Of a stretch of DNA of 64,000 nucleotides, positions 57,116 to 64,000 are shown one piece after another. The position numbers and the translations under genes are program-made. Origin of the DNA: an uncultured Erysipelotrichaceae bacterium (GTDB lineage: Bacteria > Bacillota_I > Bacilli_A > RF39 > UBA660); NCBI GenBank assembly GCA_902789225.1, contig CADANC010000001.1, positions 329,438-393,437 on the forward strand, read 5' to 3'. The stretch's first letter is position 1. Every line of letters begins with the position of its first letter. The notes beneath the pieces were generated by a model. The model saw only the letters and a program-made list of their open reading frames with translations. It was not told where the DNA came from and searched no databases.

Positions 57116-57947
57116 AAATATCTTCCTCTTCCTCAGTTTCGTAGTCTTCTTCAGTTCTAGGTTTTAATTCATCTATTAATAACATTCTTACATCATCTAA
57201 ACTTAAATCGTATAACATTTCTCCTTTAATACAAATGCTTATCTTACCAGTCTCCTCACTAACTACAATATTTATAGCATCAGTTTCTTCACTTAATCCT
57301 AAAGCAGCTCTATGTCTAGTACCTAAATTTCTATTAATTTTTGTACTGCTACTTGTTGGGAAAACTGCTCCAGCACAAGTAATTCTATCACCTTGAATAA
57401 TACATCCACCATCATGTAATGGATTACCTTCATAGAATATAGCAACTAACAAATCACTTGATAAATCAGCATATACTTTCTTTGCTTTTTCAATGTAATT
57501 TGCTAAAGAAACATCTCTTTCTAAAACAATTAAAGCACCAATTCTTTCTCTAGACATATATTCACAAGCGTTAACTATTTCATAAACCAATCTTTCTCTT
57601 TCATCAACAGTTAATATCTTATGCTTTCCTAGTAATTGGCTACGTCCTAATTGTTCTAAAATAGTTCTAATTTCAGGCTGAAAAATTACAATTAAAGCAA
57701 TTGGTCCCCATTCAATAATATATTGTAATAAAACTTGTACAGTAACAAGATTAAAAATATCACTAATAATATTTAAAATAACAATAAATACAACACCTTT
57801 AAAAATAAGAGCTAATTTAACGTTATTCTTAATATTTTTAAATATATAATAAAATATAGCCCATACAATGAAAATATCTAATAAATTTCGCAATATGGAC
57901 AAAACATTTATATTCATCGCATCTCCTCCAATAAAAATAAGTGACAA
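57099..57947 (-). CDS. cdaA: diadenylate cyclase CdaA (c-di-AMP synthase)
   Basis: Three N-terminal TM helices precede the DAC domain, which carries ALIVLERD, LHDGGCIIQGDRI and RHRAALGLSEETDA. Confidence 0.9.
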   Translation of the reverse strand: MSLIFIGGDAMNINVLSILRNLLDIFIVWAIFYYIFKNIKNNVKLALIFKGVVFIVILNIISDIFNLVTVQVLLQYIIEWGPIALIVIFQPEIRTILEQLGRSQLLGKHKILTVDERERLVYEIVNACEYMSRERIGALIVLERDVSLANYIEKAKKVYADLSSDLLVAIFYEGNPLHDGGCIIQGDRITCAGAVFPTSSSTKINRNLGTRHRAALGLSEETDAINIVVSEETGKISICIKGEMLYDLSLDDVRMLLIDELKPRTEEDYETEEEEDIYEEEK

Positions 57948-58005
57948 CCTTAATTATCAATTATCACTTATAATTTTAACATTTCAACACTAAAATATCA
58001 ACGCA

Positions 58006-60348
58006 TTAAGCAGTTTTTTTCAAAGTCTTTCCTCTACTTTTAGTATTATTGTCATCTTTCTTAACACTAAAGTAGACAACTTTGTTATTAAGTTTTGGCT
58101 TTGTTTTAATATAATTATCATATTCAGCTTTTTCTTCATCAGTTGCATGTTGAGAAATAACATCTTTATTATCCATACAAACTAATTTTAATCTGTCTCC
58201 AAAATGGTAATTATCAACTTCTGAACATAAAGACATAGTTTCTTCTTCAAATCTATATACTTTTCCTTCTAAATCTTTAAGTCTAATAGTACCTTCTATA
58301 GCAGAATCATCAAGCATAACACATAGTCCATTATCACTAACATCTACAACAGTTCCCATATACTCTTCGCCAACATGATCTTTCATATATTGAGCACTTC
58401 TTAATCCAAAAACTGCTCTTTCAACATCATCAGCTGCTCTTTCCTTCTTTGAAGTATGTTCACCTATCTCTATTAGACTAACTGGAGTTATTTTTCTACC
58501 AACATCCTCATGGAAAATATTTTGGTAAATTAATCTATGAATTACTAAATCTGGATATCTTCTAATAGGAGAAGTAAAATGACAATAATAAGGTTCTCCT
58601 AATCCATAATGCCCTATATTTATAGGACTATATTTAGCCTTACTCATACCCCTAATAGCTCTATTCAATAAAACACCAGCTAATTTTCCTGTATTATTTT
58701 GAATATAACTAATTAAATCTCTCATATTCTTAGGATTAGAACAACATTCTTCAGCATCATATTTATTATATCTATGACCTGCAATATTCATTAAATGAAT
58801 TAAATCACCAATCTTTTCATCATTAGGATTATCATGAACACGATATAAACAAGGGAATCCACTCTTAGATAAATGTTTAGCAACAGTAACATTAGCTGCA
58901 ATCATACATTCTTCTATTAAGTTTTCAGCTATATCATTAATTCTTTCATAACTGCCTATTACATAACCATCTTTATCGTACTTAAGTTCTTTATCACCAG
59001 TTCCAAATTCAATGGCATTATGTTTAATTCTTCTCTTTCTAAGAATATAACTTAATTGCTCCAAAGTTTTTAATGTTTTGACATGTTGCGCATATTCAGG
59101 AGGAACAAGTCTAGCATATTTAGGGTTAGTAGGATCATATTGAGAATCTACGGCACCATTTTTTAAAATTTCATTAACCTTATCATAGCTCATCTTTAAA
59201 TCAGAGTTTATAACACCCTTAACAATTCTATGATTAACAACATTTCCATCCCTATCTATTTCCATATTACAAGTAATAGTAAGTCGTTCTTCATCAGGAT
59301 TTAAAGAACATATACCATTAGATATTTCGTGAGGTAACATAGGTATAACTTTACCACCTGCATATGTACTAGTTCCTTTTCGATAAGCATCTTGATCAAG
59401 TGCAGAACCAGCTTTAACATAATGAGCAACATCTGCAATATGAACTCTTAATAAGAAATTACCATTCTCTAATCTCTTACAACTCAAAGCATCATCCATA
59501 TCTTTAGTATCAGCACCATCAATAGTAAAGGTTTCCTCATTTGTATAATCTTCTCTACCAATTTTATCCATAGGAAGAACTTTAGTAGGAGTATCTTTTA
59601 CCTGTTGTAAAGACTCTTCACTAAAATCATCATCCATACCATATTTTAGTGCTTCCCATCTAATTTCATTATCAGGAGAATCTTTATGAGCTAATTTCTT
59701 CAAAACACGACAAGTATAAACATTACTATAACCACTATTATTATTAACTTTTACCTTTAATCTATCTCCAACAACTAATTGAGAATTATCTACCTGATCT
59801 TCATCTAACAAAATTCTTACATCAGATAATTTTTTATCAACTGGTCTCATATAAAAACCAAATTCATCTTTAAATACTTCTCCATAAAGTTCATCAAGTC
59901 TATCTTCAAGTACTCTATATACTATATTTTTAGTTCTTTTTCCTGACCCTTGAACATCAACTAAAACAGTATCTCCACTATGTGCACCATTATAGTCTCC
60001 ACGTGAAACAGGAAATTCAGTTTTATTAATAACTAAATCTCCAAAACCATTAATATATGAATTATCTTCTATTACTTTAGCCCCTTTACTATCAAAAGTA
60101 AATTTTCCTTTATGAAAAGAAGTATTTCTAAGTAACTTAAATCCATCTCCCACTTGAATTATTTCATAACTTTTTTCTAATTCATTGACTATATCAATAA
60201 CTTCAAAAATTTCATCTTCAGATAAATCGGTCTTATCAGGATTATCTTTTAAATATCTATTTTTTACTTTTTCTATAATTTCACCCATAGAAATAGCTTT
60301 TTTAGACTTTCTTAATACTTTTAATACATATTCATTCACCAAAATCAC
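58006..60348 (-). CDS. rnr: ribonuclease R
   Basis: An RNB catalytic domain (DGADTKDMDDALS) with cold-shock/S1 domains and a basic C-terminal tail in a 780 aa protein. Confidence 0.93.
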   Translation of the reverse strand: MILVNEYVLKVLRKSKKAISMGEIIEKVKNRYLKDNPDKTDLSEDEIFEVIDIVNELEKSYEIIQVGDGFKLLRNTSFHKGKFTFDSKGAKVIEDNSYINGFGDLVINKTEFPVSRGDYNGAHSGDTVLVDVQGSGKRTKNIVYRVLEDRLDELYGEVFKDEFGFYMRPVDKKLSDVRILLDEDQVDNSQLVVGDRLKVKVNNNSGYSNVYTCRVLKKLAHKDSPDNEIRWEALKYGMDDDFSEESLQQVKDTPTKVLPMDKIGREDYTNEETFTIDGADTKDMDDALSCKRLENGNFLLRVHIADVAHYVKAGSALDQDAYRKGTSTYAGGKVIPMLPHEISNGICSLNPDEERLTITCNMEIDRDGNVVNHRIVKGVINSDLKMSYDKVNEILKNGAVDSQYDPTNPKYARLVPPEYAQHVKTLKTLEQLSYILRKRRIKHNAIEFGTGDKELKYDKDGYVIGSYERINDIAENLIEECMIAANVTVAKHLSKSGFPCLYRVHDNPNDEKIGDLIHLMNIAGHRYNKYDAEECCSNPKNMRDLISYIQNNTGKLAGVLLNRAIRGMSKAKYSPINIGHYGLGEPYYCHFTSPIRRYPDLVIHRLIYQNIFHEDVGRKITPVSLIEIGEHTSKKERAADDVERAVFGLRSAQYMKDHVGEEYMGTVVDVSDNGLCVMLDDSAIEGTIRLKDLEGKVYRFEEETMSLCSEVDNYHFGDRLKLVCMDNKDVISQHATDEEKAEYDNYIKTKPKLNNKVVYFSVKKDDNNTKSRGKTLKKTA

Positions 60349-60407
60349 CCCACATAAATATTATAAACAAAATATAAAAAATAAAAAGGAAAAATCATAT
60401 TTCCTTT

Positions 60408-61430
60408 TTAACTTATTCTTCTTACGTACATTAATCTATCGTATGATCCATTTTCCCATGCGGAAATATTACTTAAAATTACACCAGTTTTATAGTTAGC
60501 AGCATGTATCATCATACCATTTCCAACATATATAGCAGAATGTGTTACCCTACCATTATGTCCCCAACTTAATATATCCCCAGGCATAGCATTTTCATAA
60601 CTAACACCTACACCATCATAAGCTTGTGTTGAAGAACTTCTACTAACATGAATTCCTGCTCTAGAATAAACATATTGAACAAATCCAGAACAATCGAAGC
60701 CACTAGGCGAGTTTCCACCAGATGCATAAGGACTTCCAAGTAAAGCATATGCAATTTGTACTATATCTCCTCCAGCAGCATTAAGTGCAGCATCATCTAC
60801 CACTCTATAGTTTGTATTATTAGTAGTATTCTTTGGTACAACTACAGGTTCAGGCTTTTTATTAACTGTAACTGTATAATTGGTAACAGTCTTATTATTA
60901 GCTTTATCAACTGCAACTACTTCTACATTATATTCACCATTAGTATTAGTATCTAAATTAGTATTAATAGTATAATAACTTAAATCATTTTCAGTAACAG
61001 TTTCCTTAAATTCTAAGTTTTCACCATCATCTACTACTGATTCAATATAATCCTTAACATTTAAAGAATCACCTTCAGTAATAGAAACAGAAGTCTCTTT
61101 TAACTTAATTTCAGGCTCACTTATATCCATAACATCAATTGTTACAGGAACAACTTTAGTAACATTATCTTTTTTTACTTCTATTAATACTTCTTGTCTT
61201 CCTAATTTCTTAGTATCAACATCTTGTATCACCTTAAAAGAAGTTCCATTTTTCTTTATTAAATTATCTAATTTAACTTCTTTTCCATATACAATTTCAT
61301 ATCCCTTTAAATCTACATTTAAACTCTTGAAAAGACTATCTCTATAATAAACAAAACAACTAATTGAAATAATAATTAGTAATGATGCTAAAACAGTAAT
61401 CCTAATACAAGAATTCTTATATTTCAACAT
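60408..61430 (-). CDS. membrane-anchored NlpC/P60 family peptidoglycan endopeptidase with N-terminal Ig-like domains
   Basis: The NlpC/P60 catalytic Cys is in DCSGFVQYVY and the His is in HSAIYVGNGMMIHA. An N-terminal TM helix and Ig-like repeats are present. Confidence 0.8.
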   Translation of the reverse strand: MLKYKNSCIRITVLASLLIIISISCFVYYRDSLFKSLNVDLKGYEIVYGKEVKLDNLIKKNGTSFKVIQDVDTKKLGRQEVLIEVKKDNVTKVVPVTIDVMDISEPEIKLKETSVSITEGDSLNVKDYIESVVDDGENLEFKETVTENDLSYYTINTNLDTNTNGEYNVEVVAVDKANNKTVTNYTVTVNKKPEPVVVPKNTTNNTNYRVVDDAALNAAGGDIVQIAYALLGSPYASGGNSPSGFDCSGFVQYVYSRAGIHVSRSSSTQAYDGVGVSYENAMPGDILSWGHNGRVTHSAIYVGNGMMIHAANYKTGVILSNISAWENGSYDRLMYVRRIS

Positions 61431-61526
61431 AAATATTTCACTCCTTGATTTATAGCGACGTTATTTATACTACCATATGAGAAAATATAAGTCAAATTAG
61501 TGCAAAAAAAATAGGCATATAGCCTA

Positions 61527-62267
61527 TTATAATAATTTATCTTTATTAGGAACAACTTCACAACTAATAGGATTATGATCACTCAAGAAACCAAAATCAT
61601 TAGAAGTTGTATCTACAGCAAACTTCCCACAATCAAAACCTTTTAAATATATGTGATCTATCATTCTCATATCAGGCTTACTAGGAAAACTACCACCCAT
61701 ATAATCAAAGAAAGGATCTAAATATTTATGTTCTTTAATATATTTAGGAATATTCTTATTATTTAAACTCATATTAAAATCACCTGTAATAATAAGCAGT
61801 TCATCTTTATCTAATTCATCATCAATTATACTTTGAAAAATATCTAATTGTTTCTTTTTATTTTTTCCATCAGTATTATCAATATGAGTATTAATAATCA
61901 TATATCTATTATTATCATCCATAAAATGACATACAACACATATTCTAGGTAGATTATCTTCTTTTTCCTTAACACCTATTATATTAGGATTATGAGTAAG
62001 AGCATAAGTCTTTTCAGAAATAATCTTAAATCTCTTATCTAAAAAGATTGAACAATATTCTCTAAGTAAAATATTTTTACTACTACCAACTGTACCAACA
62101 ATATTATAATCATTTAAATTCTTTTTATATAATCTTAAAGACTTATCTGTTAATTCTTGAAAGCCTATAATATCAGGTTTCTTATCTTTAATATAATTAA
62201 TAACTCTTTTATACCTTCCAAATTTAAACATAATAAATCTTTTAACATTAAACGACATAATTAACAT
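61527..62267 (-). CDS. endonuclease/exonuclease/phosphatase (EEP) family protein
   Basis: EEP fold motifs are present: SFNV near the N-terminus, GFQEL, GDFN and a C-terminal SDHNP. Confidence 0.6.
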   Translation of the reverse strand: MLIMSFNVKRFIMFKFGRYKRVINYIKDKKPDIIGFQELTDKSLRLYKKNLNDYNIVGTVGSSKNILLREYCSIFLDKRFKIISEKTYALTHNPNIIGVKEKEDNLPRICVVCHFMDDNNRYMIINTHIDNTDGKNKKKQLDIFQSIIDDELDKDELLIITGDFNMSLNNKNIPKYIKEHKYLDPFFDYMGGSFPSKPDMRMIDHIYLKGFDCGKFAVDTTSNDFGFLSDHNPISCEVVPNKDKLL

Positions 62268-62349
62268 AAAATCACCTACAACTTATTATATCACATCTAT
62301 TAAATTATATAAAATGTATAAATAAAACAAAAATCAAAAGAAAAGGCTT

Positions 62350-63066
62350 TTATTTTGAAGCCTCATACTTACTCATAAACATCTCATATAATTCCTTGCA
62401 TTTATCTTTATCCATATCTTTTTTTTCTTCATAAGGATATGGAATATTTAATTTAATATATTTTTCTCTTCCTAGTCTATGAAAAGGTAAGAACTCTATC
62501 TTTTCAATATTATCAATATGTTTTAAATAACTAACTAAAGAATCTAAGTATTCTTCATTATCCATTATTCCAGGAACAACAACTTGTCTAATCCAAATTT
62601 TCTTTTCTAATTTATTGCATGCATCAATAAAATGTTCTACTTCTTCTAATTCACATCCAGTAATATCTTTATAACCATCTCTATTAGTATGCTTTACATC
62701 AAGTAGAACTAAATCTATATATTGTAATAATTCTTCATAATTACCTAGTCCAACTCCAGCAGTATCTAAACAAGTATGTATGCCTTCTTCCTTTAATTTC
62801 TTACATAATTCAACAATAAATGGCGCATGTAATAAAGGTTCTCCTCCTGAAAAAGTTACCCCTCCGGTTTCTCTAAAATAAGCCTTACACCTCATAATTT
62901 TTTGAAAAACCTCATCAACAGTATAGTTTTCTTCCTGTTTTTTCCACATCTCAGGATTATGACAATACTTACACCTTAACATACAGCCATTGAAAAAGAT
63001 AACACATCTAATTCCAGGACCATCCACTAAACCAAATGTTTCAATTGAATCTATACTAGCTTTCAT
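62350..63066 (-). CDS. pflA: pyruvate formate-lyase activating enzyme (glycyl-radical activase)
   Basis: The radical SAM cluster motif is CMLRCKYCHN, with GGEP. The protein is 238 aa and sits immediately downstream of pflB. Confidence 0.9.
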   Translation of the reverse strand: MKASIDSIETFGLVDGPGIRCVIFFNGCMLRCKYCHNPEMWKKQEENYTVDEVFQKIMRCKAYFRETGGVTFSGGEPLLHAPFIVELCKKLKEEGIHTCLDTAGVGLGNYEELLQYIDLVLLDVKHTNRDGYKDITGCELEEVEHFIDACNKLEKKIWIRQVVVPGIMDNEEYLDSLVSYLKHIDNIEKIEFLPFHRLGREKYIKLNIPYPYEEKKDMDKDKCKELYEMFMSKYEASK

Positions 63067-64000
63067 TTACATACTCTCATGGAATGTACGAGCAATTACT
63101 TCTTCCTGTTGCTTTCTTGTTAATCTATTAAAGTGAACAGCATAGCCAGAAACTCTAATAGTCAAAAGTGGATATTTATCTGGATGTTCCATCGCATCAA
63201 TTAAAGTTTCTCTATTTAATACATTAACATTCAAGTGGTGTGCTCCTTGTGAGAAGTAACCATCCATCATACTACATAAATTAGTTATTCGTTCTTCCTC
63301 ATCATTACCTAACGCATCAGGAACAATAGAGAAAGTATTAGAAATACCGTCTTTACAACAATCTCCATATGGAAGTTTAGCAACACTATTTAAAGAAGCT
63401 ATAGCTCCACTATGATCTCTTCCGTGCATTGGATTAGCTCCAGGAGCAAAAGGAACACCAGCTGCTCTACCATCAGGAGTAGCACCAGTCTTAGAACCAT
63501 AAACTACATTAGAAGTAATAGTAAGAACAGATAAAGTATCTTCAGCATCTCTATAAGTAGGATGTTTATCTAATTCATTTCTGAAAAATCTTAATAATTT
63601 AACAGCTATATTATCAACTCTATCATCATCATTACCATATTGAGGATAATCACCTTCTATTTCAAAATCTACAGTGATACCATCTTTATCTCTAATAGGT
63701 TTAACTTTAGCATATTTAATAGCACTTAAAGAATCTACCGCAACACTTAGTCCAGCAACTCCATAAGCCATATATCTATGAACATCAACATCATGTAAAG
63801 CCATTTGCCCAGCTTCATATGCATATTTATCATGCATATAATGAATAATATTCATTGCATTAGAATATATATCAGCAACTTTACTCAATACTTTTTTATA
63901 TTCTTTGACAACTTTATCATAATCAAGAACTTTATCATTCATTATTTCAAAGCCATCTAATACTTTTTCTTTTAATCTTTCATCAGTTCCACCATTAATT
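63067..64000 (-). CDS. pflB: formate C-acetyltransferase (pyruvate formate-lyase), C-terminal part. The gene continues beyond the window
   Basis: The C-terminal glycyl-radical motif is [13 protein letters not shown]. The active-site region CCKDGISN is upstream of it. Confidence 0.9.
   Translation of the reverse strand, partial: INGGTDERLKEKVLDGFEIMNDKVLDYDKVVKEYKKVLSKVADIYSNAMNIIHYMHDKYAYEAGQMALHDVDVHRYMAYGVAGLSVAVDSLSAIKYAKVKPIRDKDGITVDFEIEGDYPQYGNDDDRVDNIAVKLLRFFRNELDKHPTYRDAEDTLSVLTITSNVVYGSKTGATPDGRAAGVPFAPGANPMHGRDHSGAIASLNSVAKLPYGDCCKDGISNTFSIVPDALGNDEEERITNLCSMMDGYFSQGAHHLNVNVLNRETLIDAMEHPDKYPLLTIRVSGYAVHFNRLTRKQQEEVIARTFHESM

Noticed and set aside
1-64000. Search for CRISPR arrays, transposases, integrases, phage genes and defence-system hallmarks (helicase/nuclease/ATPase pairs, TA modules)
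   Set aside because: No direct-repeat/spacer arrays. No DDE, serine or tyrosine recombinase motifs. No phage structural genes. No ATPase or nuclease gene pairs of unknown function were recognised. The window looks like core chromosome with surface-protein inserts.

Overview
This 64 kb window is a very AT-rich, gene-dense segment of a Firmicutes-type chromosome. It is mostly housekeeping and cell-envelope genes, with no phage, transposase, integrase or CRISPR signatures. About 50 coding sequences are supported. Several blocks keep Bacillus-like synteny: pgsA-rodZ-rnpB-gpsB with divergent recU-ponA; dnaD-nth; der; thiI-ezrA with divergent rpsD; and cdaA-cdaR. Translation genes (tyrS, leuS, rpsD, cca, trmB, rnr, engB, hup) and anaerobic fermentation genes (two divergent ackA paralogs, fhs, pflA and partial pflB) are also present. 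Three non-coding genes are absent from the ORF track. These are an RNase P RNA (type B, minus strand, about 1030-1377), two T-box leaders upstream of tyrS and leuS, and tRNA-Asn(GTT) at 55096-55172. The accessory content is cell-surface related. (1) A thioester-domain/CnaB adhesin is translationally coupled to a compact sortase. A second, distant DUF285 surface protein carries an NPNTN sorting signal similar to the adhesin's C-terminal VPNTK. (2) A 5 kb insert between the ackA paralogs carries that DUF285 protein plus two tandem proteins with an N-terminal zinc ribbon and a single-pass transmembrane (TM) helix, one with an extracellular clostripain-like (C11) peptidase domain. (3) Tandem FemAB-family peptidoglycan branch transferases, and VanY, NlpC/P60 and CtpA envelope enzymes. 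(4) Several uncharacterised membrane or lipoprotein operons, including a beta-propeller repeat protein with a His-phosphatase and a tail-anchored acidic protein. No canonical defence system is visible. The most unusual candidates are the sortase cassette with a non-LPXTG signal and the zinc-ribbon/C11 peptidase pair. All functional calls rest on motif recognition from the translations and could not be checked by database search.
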